From Lytechinus pictus (taxonomy: Eukaryota), in contig NC_087252.1 of NCBI RefSeq assembly GCF_037042905.1, forward strand, positions 2,668,001 through 2,732,000: a DNA stretch of 64,000 nucleotides, read 5' to 3'. This document shows, piece by piece, positions 12,300 through 24,778 of this stretch; within the stretch, counting starts at the first letter, position 1; each line of letters starts with the position of its first letter. Position numbers and translations under genes: made by a program. The notes below the pieces were generated by a model, which made no database searches, was not told the origin of the DNA, and was given only the letters and a program-made list of their open reading frames with translations.

Positions 12300-12935
12300 C
12301 AGTTGAGGCCAAAAGTTAACATACATCCATGGAATTCAGTGAATTTGTTCACTTGCCAAGCAGGCGTGAAATTTACTTCATAAATATAAATATATACTAT
12401 ATACCATGACGAATTTGGTATCAAATGAAAGAGCGTATAAAGCTCGTTTACAGATGGCGTTGGGGTCAAATTATATTTCAGGTGGAATTTTCTTTGAAGA
12501 AAAAAAATAATATTCGTGCCAAATGTATTATATGGTTGTTATATTTTCAAGAATCGTTTCATAGAAATATATAAATGTCAAATCTATGAGTTACAATACA
12601 TTTTCTATCACGATATGTCACCTCTGAACAAAAAAAAAATGTTTGTGTTGAGAGGTAACTAGCACAAATATGGAATGTTTTTGTCAAGTTTTTATTGTTG
12701 ATTTGTCTAAAATATGATTTTTTTTTTTTTTTGGGGGGGGGGGAATTACACCTAATTGTTCAGCCTCTGGTGACAAAGCGATGTGATGAAGGGGCACGAC
12801 ATACTCATTTGTTTGATATCAAATTCGTCATTATTGTACAAATATTTTATAAGATACAGTAAACATTATGATGTTTGGCAAGTGTCAGCTTTTCTTTGAA
12901 TTTCCTGGGTGTATGTAAACTTCTGGTCTCAACTG
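12300..12935. mobile_element. Tc1-like non-autonomous element with Sleeping-Beauty-like ends
   Basis: TA|CAGTTGAGGCCAAAAGTTAACATAC ... GTATGTAAACTTCTGGTCTCAACTG|TA; inner inverted blocks CACTTGCCAA/TTGGCAAGTG and ATGACGAATTTGGTATCAAA/TTTGATATCAAATTCGTCAT. Confidence 0.9.
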
Positions 12936-14039
12936 TATAAAATCATGTGATTGTTACCTTTAATGAGTTCCCAACAAGACCTCTCCCTAGTTTCATAACA
13001 CGCCAAGACATGATAGTGGCAACTAATATCATCAATATTCTAAGTAGTTTGCTTTTAGAGTGCATTATGAAGTCAGCAAGGCAAGAATGGCAGCCGTTTT
13101 TCCATGGGGAAATCGTTCACAATCAGGTTTTGCCCTCCATTAAAAAGTCAACAAGGCAATTAAAAACAATTTTATAACAGCCTTGCCAGTGACAAGTGCC
13201 CCTCTGCGGGCCTCGTCCCAGAAGATATCTCTTCGGCACGGTTAGCGATTTCAGTCATAAATAGAACGCGCGCAATAATGGATCATCAATATCTTCTGCA
13301 ATGAAAAGGGTCAAGTACGGTGTATGCGTAGTTTCAATAAATGTTGTTTTTCGGGTCGCGAGTAGAGTTGGGAATACCATGGACCTATTACAATTACCAA
13401 TCCCACTAAAGGAAGTGTATGTTTGACAATAGGAGGATAAAAATAATGCTGGTAGTTAATTTGAGATCGAAGCATTCTCCAGGGCAAACAAAGTATATAT
13501 GGACAGGCCTACATAAATACATTTTAGATTGCATATTAATACAAACAGCGAACATTGTTTACGAATGCATGGATGAATAACGTCTAATCATGTACTCAGA
13601 ATCAAGCAAAATAATCATATTGATAAAATGTCAGAAAATAGAAAAAATATATAGCTGAATCGATTACGCAATACAAATAATCAGTTTGAGGGAAAGTGAC
13701 ATTTTTAGTCATGTCGATAGGATGATTATTAATTGTCTGAGACTGCGTAAGGAATGTGCTATCTTCAAATTTTTGTTATCCCCGTTTTTTTAAATAATAT
13801 TTTCAAAATGTCAATTACATCATGATTTTGCTCGCACTAAATCGTAGTTTCTTTTTTATTCATTTGCCGTTACAGGAAATGTTTTTACTTCTTGCTTTCA
13901 GCTAGCTCGCTAAGAATAATCCCACTTGATAAGAAACAAAATTACTGCAGCTATATCGCCCTCTATAGACCACATAGTGAAACTTTTTTGCTTTTTATTC
14001 CCGCTATATCAAAACGAGACACCCCGATATGACTACAGT

Positions 14040-14300
14040 TTGTGAGTAGTAGAGTAGATAGAAGAATAGGAACAGGAGCATCGGCAGAAAGAGAAGAAGC
14101 CAATGAGGAAAACCAGTAGCAGGAAGAGAAGGGAAAAGAGCAGAAGCAGAGGGAAGACGAAGAAGAAGAAGAAGGGAAAAAGGAAGAATAAAGAAGAATG
14201 AGAAGAAGAAGAAGTAGGAGGAGAAGTAAAAAAAAAAATAAGAGACAAAAACAATAATAAAGATGAGGAAGAGGAGGGGGGTAATGGAGGAGTAAGGAAT
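14040..14300. repeat. (GAA)/GA-rich low-complexity tract
   Basis: GAAGAA reiterations. Confidence 0.8.
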
Positions 14301-14330
14301 ACCATCACTCTCTTTACACGCTTTATTTAA

Positions 14331-14926
14331 AGGGGAATCCAGCTTTGGCCACAAAATGTTGTGTTGGGAAGGAGAAAAATAAATCAACATAATAGTGAAA
14401 GTTTGAAAGAAATCGGACAAGCAATAATAAAGTTATAGCTGCTTTAAAATTGAGATCACTAATAGTATGTAGATTTCAAATTGGCAACTGGGTAAGTAAA
14501 TTATGACAAGGGGAAAGGACAACTCTACCATATAGGCCATGTACTTTATTATCAGGGATTTGTTGTTTTCTCCTAAGTACCCATTCCCTATAGGTAGTAA
14601 TCTAAATATAACCCAGGTAGTGTATTGTTTTATGTCCTCATGAAATAAAAATATAATTTGAAATAAAACTTTTGGGAAAAATGACATTTTAGCCATAACA
14701 TGTATTGGAGTACGTGGAAGAGTAGTCCTTGCCTTACATCACTATGACATCCCATATGCGGCCAATTTGAAGTCTCCATGAATATAGTGATTACCAATAT
14801 TTACAACTTAAAAAAAATCATAACTTTCTTGTTGTTTGTCCAATATTGTTCAAACTTCCACCTATCAACTAGTCTGATTTTTCTTTTCCTTATAAAAACA
14901 AGTTTTTATTTGGATTGGATTCCCCT
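14331..14926. mobile_element. Kolobok-like MITE
   Basis: TTAA|AGGGGAATCCA ... TGGATTCCCCT|TTAA; a 5' fragment of the same family lies at ~29855-29955. Confidence 0.88.
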
Positions 14927-15972
14927 TTAAATGTTTTACAACTGTATTAGACATGTTAGAACTTGTTGATATAAAAGCCCATTCCGATTTTACAAGACAA
15001 GCACGAAAAGTTAATGACACCATTCAGAAGTTAATGTAGTCAAAAGCACGATTGAAAAATCGTTACTCTTATTCATGCTTGACATTGTCAGAGAGAGAGA
15101 GAGACAGAGAGAGATAAAAAAAAAACCCCAGTAATGTTTGTTAACAAACAAATCAATCTAATGGGGCATAACCATCATATAGGTAGGTTTTAAGGACGTT
15201 CCACATGCAGTTAAAGTGAAATCCATGTCATTTTCACCAAACTTTGCACATAGATACGTTAGAACCTGAATATTCGAAATATGCAAAAATAAACATAGGT
15301 CCATGTGCTTGATTTTTTGCTATAGAGCTTCAAAGTTCACCTAAATGGATGTTCTTAAGAATTGCGCATTCAAAAGAATTTGGCATTTTTAGACCTCGCA
15401 AGATCACTACAATGGGTTTAAACCTAATTTACTCAGTCAAGATACATGAAAAAGTCATCAAATTTTGCAAGAGAGTAAATCATTGTATTGTTAGAACGGG
15501 GAATATATTTGTAGTGCTATTTGTTTGCAATTTTAAGTCTAACAGCACTGTCAGTTCTCAAAAATGTGAAATTTCAATAACAAACCACAAAAAATGCTGC
15601 ACTTTATTCAAAATCCATGTCACTTTCACCAAAATTTGCAAAGTTGTAGAGGAAGGTATACATAAGAGGTGCAAACATTAAAAAATAGGGGTTCATGTGC
15701 TTGTTTTCAAACTATCAGTATTTTTATTAGAGCAAATGTGCTTTTTAAAACACCCAAAATGCACCAAATGCTTTGTATCTATATGTGAAGAAAAAAACAA
15801 AATCACTCTACCATCTATTCAAACTCGGGGTCATATTCGTGAATCTTAGCAGCATTGCAGAGTAAAGTATTTTAAAATTGTAGACATATTTTTTTAAATG
15901 GTCCATGGAATAATTCCAGTTTTTTAGCTTCATAAAATAACGCATCAGATCTGTAGTTGATGAGAAAATCAG

Positions 15973-17991
15973 GGGTGGTATTCTGAGATCCATTTTATCT
16001 CAGATAAAATAAAATATTTTATCTCCGTTAAAATCAGTGAGATAAAATACCCTTCAAATCTCTCCGAATTGGTATTCTGAGAACAATTTTATCTTCATTT
16101 TATCTCTGTAAGACACACCTATTTTTTAATCAATATCCAATTAGAAACGCGCTTTTATAGCTCTCTCATATCACTCAACCAATGGAAATCCATTCCGCTA
16201 GGAGGTGTGGCGAAGGAGAGAGATTGCGTCAATTTATTGACTTCAAATACGCTTGCATTATACGCTTGCGCGTCTTTACAGAGATTTCTTTTTAACAAAA
16301 AGGACAATACCAACGAACGTAGAGGGCAGCAACACACAAGCGTGTTGCTCTAAGGAAGGTCAACTCCGCTCGAATTTTGTGACCACTTTAAAAAATAAGG
16401 TGGGGTTTTGGGAAATTTGTCGAGTTGATTTTTTTTCATTTGTTAATTTCAAATATTTTTTAATGAACAATTATTAGATCGGTTATTCTGGGTATAAATA
16501 TTAAAAATATTACTTTTATTTTTAAAGAAAATATTTAGCTTAAATAATCATGATTTTGACATTTTTCCTCATTTTGGAATATTGAGCCTGTAACGAGGAT
16601 ACCTCATATCTTTAATTTTCTTCTGCTGAATTTCGCTGCACCACTAATAAATGCATAGACAACCACCGTAATAATCGAGGTCATTTTTCTGGCCTGGGTG
16701 CGCCGAGTCTGGGCCGGTCGCGCAGCTAGCTAGTGACGTTGATGATGCGCTGGGGCTTCAGGCGACTCGTCATAGATCTAGGAACTTAGACAATGACGTC
16801 TAATTTGCCTGGCCTGATTTGAAGTGTAATGGCTTCAGGGCTGATGTTTATCAACGATGATTGTTCAAGGTTAGATTTCAAATTTTAAATGTCATTTGAC
16901 TTTTAAGTCTATAAATCTGAAATAAAGGCGCTGTATCCCCGAAATCCGGGTCTAAATTTCAACTCTGAGTCCGAGACCATGGCATGGACGGCGAAAAAAC
17001 GACCCATGCATCGGATGCATTGCATTGGCTGCGCGCTGCGCTGCAGCTGCACTGTGATGATGGGTTCAGCGAAGAGCTCAGAGAAAATAAGGTGGTTATA
17101 TTCAATCCCGAAATGCTTTGCGAGTGGTCACAAAATCGTCTCGACGCAAATCACCTAATACAGCCGTCTGGTGAAATCGCTGATAACAACAATCACCGAT
17201 TTGGTAATGATTTTAGTTTCCTGAAACTTATATTTGTAAAGTTTTAAATATCAAAGTATGTTTTTATATGTAAGTATATTCCTCAACATATTTTTTAAGT
17301 TATCTTTTATATTGTTCTAGTCATATTCTTTCATATTCGTGTTTTGATCGCTACTAATTTGTTGTTGTATTGGATCGACATTTGATGTCGTTGGCATGAA
17401 CAATAAAATACGCGCGCAGCTCAGCTGCATGCGCGTATCGAGTTGACCTTCCTTATAGCAACACGCTTGTGTGTTGCTGCCCTCTACGTTCGTTGGACAA
17501 TACTCTCATCTTTTTTCGAAGTCTATGTCACATCTTTTCAAGCATCATTTCAAAGACAATATTAGTCAAGAAAAGTTATGAAATGCTTCCTGATTGCACA
17601 GGAATAACTTTCAGGTGTTGTTCTCAGTGAATATATAATTTTTCTTGATTTTCATGCCAACATTTGGAGTTAATTCACCTAGAAATATTGACGAAATCAA
17701 CGTCCCGGAGATAAAATAGCTCCTACCCTCTTTTAAGTTTATTTTATTTTTTCTTCAAAGTAACTTGTGCGCAAGCACATCACCCGCGTTGCAATGGCCA
17801 GATATGCGATGGGTATGTCTACGCAGCCACTGCTCTGTTGCGTATCATCATAGATATGCAAGATAAAATTTATACGCAAGATAACATTTTAAATTTTATC
17901 TGAGAGATAAAATGTCATATCAGAATACCAATTTCATTTTAAGAGATAAAATAAAATATTTTAAAGATAAAATGACCTCAGAATACCGCCC
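15973..17991. mobile_element. Middle element of the triple nest: PIF/Harbinger-like non-autonomous element
   Basis: 3-bp TSD CAG (15970-15972, 17992-17994); TIR GGGTGGTATTCTGAG / CTCAGAATACCGCCC; subterminal AGATAAAA/TTTTATCT reiterations. Confidence 0.85.
16311..17495. mobile_element. Inner element of the triple nest: 8-bp-TSD (P- or hAT-like) non-autonomous element with 56-bp TIRs
   Basis: TSD GACAATAC (16303-16310, 17496-17503); TIR CAACGAACGTAGAGGGCAGCAACACACAAGCGTGTTGCT(C/A)TAAGGAAGGTCAACTC with 1 mismatch; CpG-rich interior with no transposase ORF. Confidence 0.93.
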
Positions 17992-19312
17992 CAGCTCATA
18001 ACCACAGCTAATTAATCGCCTGTTCATCCATTGTGACGTCAGCGCGCAGAGTTTAAAATATGCGCAGATCATAATGCGCACAAACATAACTGTGGAACGT
18101 CCTTAAGGGTTCGAAATGGAAAATCCAGCAATTGACATGAAACAGAAATGATATGAACTCTTATTTTCACCAAGAAAGAAAAAAAGGGGGCCATCGATTT
18201 TAGAAGAGGTGGTTTACGGGAGGGGGTACATGCTCCATACGGTCTTTAAGTAATAAAACGAAGTAGAAAAAAACGAGGGAAGTTGAGAAAGAAGAAAGAA
18301 ACAATATGATATAAAATCATGGTAATGTCCAATGTATCTTTTTTTTCTAAATCTAAATTACCAATCCAATTCGCCTTCACGTGATAAGGTTTAGAATTTA
18401 GATCTTAAACATGTTGAAATAGCCCAGTACTGCTTGAATGAACAAACGAGCAATAAATATTAATAAATGAAAATAGATCTGTTTGGAGAACTGATTCAAA
18501 TCTTGATTACTATGGCTTGATATGCATTGTTTTCCCCAATTTATCATCATGAATATATTAATTCATTTGAAGCGACTTTAGCATGTCTAATCGTCTTATT
18601 CATTAAACAAAAACATACCTCAATGAACAGAATACAAATAAGCAGATTATACACATGTACCTTCAAATCAAATTTAACGGATTGGACATCCAAAACGATA
18701 ATGTTGACAAAGAATTACCAACTAAATTACTTCTGGAAGTAATCAGCATTCATGTCTAGTTTGCTGGTGATTACCCTCTAGGCAATTTGGCTTAAAATTG
18801 GTTTTCCTTCGTATGGCATAATCTTGGAACTAAATGGACTATGTTTTTTCGTTGCTCTGAATATCATCCCTACTTTTAAACGAATTGTTGACCTTTTCTA
18901 TTGACAAGTAATTAATAGACTATACAAATAGCATTGATTTACACAGTGAAAGCGCAATAGAACCTTATAGTCTAGCTGTTTAACAGTTTAAACAAACCCT
19001 GCTGAATTCGTTGATAATTAAAAACTTAAAATAAACTTTGTTGTTCAAAATAAAAAAAATTGTAAAAACTGTTTAAACAAATACTGTGAAGCCCACCTAT
19101 AGTAAGGAGCAATGTAAATACAACTAATAAAAATTGTCAAGTATACAATGAAATAAACCAAGTTTAAAATTTTGACGTTTTTGATACAATAATATATTTT
19201 TTTGACAGATTTTGATAGAATATTCAGAAAATGGAATCAGATTTCACTCTTTTCCTTTTCCTTTCTTTCAAATTATTCTTGGTCGTGAGAGATTTTTTTT
19301 AATTTTTTATTT

Positions 19313-19348
19313 GGGGGGGGGGGGGGGGGCGGGGGGGGGGGGGGGGGG
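19313..19348 (+). repeat. Poly-G tract (potential G-quadruplex) at the end of an hAT-like fragment (~19195-19350)
   Basis: ~35 G with one C; preceded by sequence similar to 7300-7392. Confidence 0.8.
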
Positions 19349-20837
19349 TCCGGGGAAAAAGCCCCCTTCATCTAATTGTTAAAACGAATGAGGGTTTCCA
19401 TCAGATATATTACTTGTAACAATAATTATATAAAACAGGGGAAAGTATCGCCGTATAAGCGTTCTTCGATAAACGATGCTACGTTTCACTGATCCATGCC
19501 GGTGTCGGAGGCGAAAACGTCCGGCCAGTTAAATCCGTCCGCGCGGACGAAAAAAACTGGAGTATTTCAGTTTTTTTGTCCGCGGGCAAAAAAACAACGT
19601 GTAGAGTGGACGAATTTTCCGCCGAGGGGTGGACGTTTTCTCCGTGCGTAGTCTTTGCATTTCAGTCGACATAACACACATAAGGCTTCATTTTTTGCAC
19701 AGCCTTTCGGTATATTGGACCACGTATTAGCGTACCAGGACAACTACCCACAATAGGGTTCGGTGTTCACTTATAAGGGAGTTAGGGGTAAATTTATTAT
19801 CAGACAAGAAGGCGATCCTCATGTGCGTTGCTAGTGTTAGGATGATTCAGCCGTTTGGGAGATTCTAGAGAATGCTATACATACACAACAATCTATGAAT
19901 TAAAGGTCATAATAACATCATCAGGCAAACATTTTACTATTTGCCCCCGAAATCACGTTTTCAGAAACTCCGAACTGTCGAAAAGAAACAGTAATGTAGC
20001 TCGGCTGGATGTTATTGACTATAACGCTGCAGCAACGTAACGCACGCGCACGAGTGCACCGAATCTTTCGAGGCATTTAGACATCTCCCTGGTATATGTA
20101 ATTTGAAATAATTGCAAATAATACCCTAGCCTATAAACTACCCGACGCGGATAATAGTGCAGTTCAATTCAATGTGAAATCATCCCATTATTTCAATGAG
20201 AAGGGGCGCTCGGGGCAGTATAGGCATCCGCCAATATCACTCTTCTAATTCTTAAATAGGCACTGGCCTCAGAATGGGCCTTCTAATCAATTGGGATATC
20301 ATTATAATGATATAAGTAATAATAACCAGGTGTGTTCTACTGTTGTATTATATCTCCATATAAATTTTATAGTAGTACAGTAGTAGTAGTAGTATTTCTT
20401 ATCATCAGACTCATTTAAATAGAAAGGTTATTTATCAAGCAAGATTTTGAATTCGCCCCTTTGGTATAGAGGCGAATGCAGGACAAGTGGGATATTATTA
20501 GCGTACTGTCAATTTAGGTTTTCAAAATAATGAGTGGGGGTGAGGGATCGAGGGTGCTCGTCCTATGCGTCGGTATTTTACTCCCCTTATACTTATAAAT
20601 TTTTGTTTGTTTTTACGCTTAGAAAAGTAATGTGGATTAGTGTAGGGCGTATATCACCCCTACGGTGGCATGTGAAGTAAACTCAAGCGGGATTAAATCG
20701 ATGACACTTGTATATTACTCTATTTTTGGTCGCTTTTTGGTCATTTTCGTACGAACCAGACATTTTAATGAAAAAGTCAAAAGAGCAGATTTTGACACAC
20801 CTTTTGGTCCCGATAGTGGTATGTGGATTATGCTTAA

Positions 20838-21280
20838 GTGGAAACTCCACGCTGAAGTAAATGTGATTTGAACACATAAAGAAAAATCAGACAAACAAAA
20901 CACTGACGATTTGATCAAAATCGGACAAGGAATAACAAAGTTATGACATTTTAAAGGTTTTTGAATTTTCCGGTAAAACAGTGCTAGGCGTGTCTTCATG
21001 AATATTCAATGAGCTAATTGATGATGCCATATTCTCACTTGTTCTTTTGTATTTTATTGCATGAAATTATGTTTATTCACTTTTTTTCTTCCAAGAACTA
21101 AAAGATTGGATTGACAACTGATTTAGTGCATTAGATATTACAAGGGAGATTCACAAATGTCTGATATAATGAAAAATATATGATTTCATGTAATAACAAA
21201 AAGGAAAGTGGGGACGTGACGTAATCAGCCTAACTAATGAATATTCATTACAACGTGCATAATTTGATGAAATTTTCGGA
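20838..21280 (+). mobile_element. Truncated Kolobok-like MITE related to 2946-3555
   Basis: Begins after TTAA; shares TGATTTGAA..ATA.AGAAAAAT, ATCAAAATCGGA, AAAGTTATG and TGATGAAATTTTC blocks; no right TIR found. Confidence 0.6.
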
Positions 21281-21766
21281 ATTTTGCGCTGTGCCCCCAC
21301 CCCCCCCATTGAGAGGCACAATTAAAATTTGTAATGTAATGTAAAAATGCGGTTAAAACAGATGTGTGAAGAATTTTTTTTGTTTGCTTTTCAAATTTTT
21401 TCATGGACGAAATATCCATAACAAAATTCGTGAACCCTTTTTTTTGCTTGTCAAATTTTTCCTCGGGAAAATGTGCCCCCCCCCTTTCGAAAAATCCTGG
21501 ATTAACATCAAGGTATTTTGATCGTTCACAGGCCCAAGGTTGTTTTTATTTATCATTCTGATCATGTTTGGCACAAGTGCTGAAGATCTAAAATTTTATG
21601 GTGGAGAGAACACCTACGAGAAACAGTGGATTGTAATATATATAAATATATATCAGCGAATATAATGATTGACTTGCTTTTACTGTTAATCTTTCATTTT
21701 TCTTCGTCTTTTCGCCGGAAAAAATCATAGCCTGTACTCAAGTTGCTGAAAAAAAAACAAAAAAAC

Positions 21767-21883
21767 AATAATAATAATAATATAGGTATATCTACCCAGG
21801 GAAGCCACTTCAGTTTCGAAAACTGTTCTACCAGCGGGCCCTGCTATTATTATTACCCCGGCTTTAGCTGAGCTGCCTAGGCG
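21767..21883 (-). mobile_element. 5'-truncated SINE/retroposon 3' end with (TAT)n tail
   Basis: Minus strand reads ..CTAGGCAGCTCAGCTAAAGCCGGGGTAATAATAATAGCAGGGCCCGCTGGTAGAACAGTTTTCG..CCCTGGGTAGATATACCTATATTATTATTATT; resembles echinoid SINE 3' ends as I remember them (unverified). Confidence 0.6.
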
Positions 21884-23457
21884 GGCGTAATCTCCGGAAA
21901 ACGCGGACATTTTCAGCGGGCAAAAACGGATTTTACGTCGGGGCGGACGAGAATACCTGAACGACATCAGGTGTTTTTTGTCCGTCTTAGCTTTCCGGAC
22001 GTTTTCACCGACCGGGCATAAAAACCTGCAACACTGGCCCAAATAATATATAAGATTACACCGTCGAAAACGAAACCCTCAATTTGAATACATGGTAACG
22101 CCTAATTTGTATTGGATACAAGCATATAGCGAATGATGCTTTTATTATTAGCATGATGAACGTCGCTAAATTCACATCTTCATATATTTCCATGGCAACC
22201 GGGCAGTTAATTTTTGAAAACGAGGTAAGTGACTTCCATTGGATCAAAATATCAACTTTCAGATAGAAAAGGCAGATAAGAGCCATCTCTCTAACGTCTT
22301 GAATCGCTTCAACATTAATCAAACTGAACCGAGTTTATTCTACCATACTTTCTTCAGAAAATCATGCAGCATAACGATGGCGAATTACCCAGTAAAACAA
22401 AAAAAGCAAAATTGAGACTTTTCTATACACCTAGTTTGCCTTATGAACTTACCTTTCTTCTTTGAGAGTTTAAAGAATGTTTAAACACAGATTAAAAAAA
22501 ATTAATAACAGTGTTCTACTTTTTAGCGGATGGGTATTTAAAGTTGAACACTGTTGTTTAAATTGTTAACGTTTTGCTTACAACAGTAAATTATTGACAG
22601 TCAGTTCAGGTAGGTCGGGTTGTCCAATGCGTTTTTGCTGTGAAGTGTTCTTTATTTCGTTTTGGAAAAGTAAATAAATATATAGAACTGAAATACAGGG
22701 AATAATATGCTTGTCCCAAATTAAAATGAAAGATTCTGTGTATATAATGGAATTCTTAAAATGATATTCTAGTGCCATTGTGTATGCGTTTATCGTGATC
22801 AGTAAGGGCAAATGTCTTCACATTGGAAAACTGTTCTGTGAATGTTTGCACCCGCTAACTGGGTAAACATAGTTTCATGGATCCCTTGTAGCAGTCCCCA
22901 ATACAAATCTCATATTACATCATTTTGATTTACAGAAGATAGTTTAACTCAGATAACAGATACGTCTCTTTGTTATCGCTTTCCGCGACCCTCGTGGACA
23001 CACAAACGAAGATAAGATATACATGGTTCTATGCTCTTCTATTTTTTCAGAGGAGAAAAACACAATATTGTTTCTGGTAACAGTGTATTCCGATTAAAAT
23101 ATGCGCGAGACTGACAATAGATACACGATCAATGCTATGGAGTCAATTTTATTTTATTTCATTTTTTTGGTCTTTATTCATAATTCATATAAAAACAAAT
23201 AACATAATACATGATCAGGGAACATACAGAGTGTTTGACTACAAAGAAAATGCTGATTGATAAACTTTGGCAGAATTAACAATGAAATTAATATGGTCAT
23301 AATTTCTCCTTAAATAAACCAACAAAGTCACCCCTATAAGATCAAATTAATGCAACGGCTTTACATGTTCTTTTTTTTTCTCCAGAATTCAAAGTTAAAA
23401 CTTAACATCAGACCATTCCTGATATGTTCAGAAGAAAGCTTGTCATAATGACACATT

Positions 23458-23721
23458 CACTGTAAAAAAATATTGGGTAAAAGTTTTACCACCACAAGGT
23501 TAATTCTGTGTCCAGCCAATTTGGGGCAGTATTCTACGAAATGCGGGAATCTTATTGTCCAGTAAGATTAAAAATTAAGCAGCAATTACTTTAGAATGGG
23601 CAAAATTTTCATCACACTGGATAAATAAAAATGCCCCAAACATGCCAAAAGAAATGCCCAATGTTGGTTGGACACATAATTAACCTCACGGAGCATTTTT
23701 ACCCAATATTTTTTTAAAGTG
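23458..23721. mobile_element. CACTG-terminated MITE, family B
   Basis: CACTGTAAAAAAATATTGGGTAAAA ... TTTTACCCAATATTTTTTTAAAGTG; related to 1-61 and 62378-62514. Confidence 0.8.
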
Positions 23722-23947
23722 GTCATTGTGCAAAAGAACAGAAAATAAAGACTATTAAGTTCGTTATACTTCAAAACATGCAGCTGCCAAATGTGATATT
23801 TTTTTTGTAACGAATTCACGTGGTCGTTATATATCGTCTAAACAATTACTATTCTGAAAAAGGGATTACAATGAGGAGTACACACCACAATGAAGTTCAA
23901 GATGAGTAAATTTATATATTCAATGGGATTCTTGCTTTCCATTAATA

Positions 23948-24192
23948 CACTGCAAAAACTCTGGTGTTGATTTAACACCAGCCCGGAATCTATATATGTC
24001 CACATCAGAGAAGTGTTAAACAACACCAGTTTCGTTTTGGTCTAACACCAGATAGGTGTTTATACAACACCAATTTATTAGTAGTAAAACATCATCGGTT
24101 CGATTCCAAACTGGTGTTGTTTCAATACTTCTCTGGTGTGGACATATATAGATTCCGGGCTGGTGTTAATTCAACACCGGAGTTTTGTAGTG
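23948..24192. mobile_element. CACTG-terminated palindromic MITE, family A copy 2
   Basis: TA on both sides; closely similar to 6626-6867. Confidence 0.92.
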
Positions 24193-24532
24193 TACCATCT
24201 CTGCTTTCACCATACATCCAAAATTGGATAAAAAGCAAACATATATTTTGATAAAATGTAAAGTAATACAAAATACTGCGTAACATACAATATACCCAAT
24301 CATAACCTTCATAATCTGTCTGAAATGTACACTAAAAACCACGCCCCCTTTACCCCACATTGGGTAAGGTTTGCAGGCTATAAATAATGAGATGATGTGC
24401 TCAAGACGAATCTTCAATAGGGAGCGCAAGGTACCCTTTTCAGGTGTATAGAAGGGACCAGAGGCTATGACGTCACGAAATATATATAACGATATAACTA
24501 TCATAACTCCATAATGGGATTCAGAGAATAGA

Positions 24533-24664
24533 GGGGTCCGTTTCCATGAAACATTTTTCAGACTGGCCTCACTGAAAAAAAAAAACACGAACGGACGCAA
24601 CATTAACTCCCAGTTCTATTATTGCATAACTGCAGGCAATGAACGTTTCAAGAAAACGGGCCCC
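24533..24664. mobile_element. Small Harbinger-like MITE (degenerate)
   Basis: TIR GGGGTCCGTTTCCATGAAAC / GTTTCAAGAAAACGGGCCCC. Confidence 0.55.
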
Positions 24665-24679
24665 TGGTAATTTGATTGT

Positions 24680-24778
24680 GTTACACAAACGATACCGACT
24701 CCAAACCGACCGATGGTGCGTAATTGGAAACCACATTTAGATTTGGTCGGTCTAGAATCGGTTCTACCAATGTGACTG
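24680..24778. mobile_element. ~100-bp old MITE, family C (other copies at 50656-50755, 51443-51549, 58413-58515)
   Basis: Shared pattern CAGTCACA..GAAACCGACTCCAGACCGACC..GGTC..GAGTC.GTTTC...TGTGACTG. Confidence 0.6.

Larger units (their letters stand above)
15194..18102. mobile_element. Outer element of the triple nest: TTAA-target, GG..CC-ended (Kolobok-like)
   Basis: TTAA|GGACGTTCCACA ... TGTGGAACGTCC|TTAA; internal repeated block (AAATCCATGTCA.TTTCACCAAA.TTTGCA at ~15220 and ~15611). Confidence 0.85.

Noticed and set aside
14004..14420. 138-aa F/L/S-rich ORF
   Set aside because: Spans a GAA-rich tract and a MITE end.
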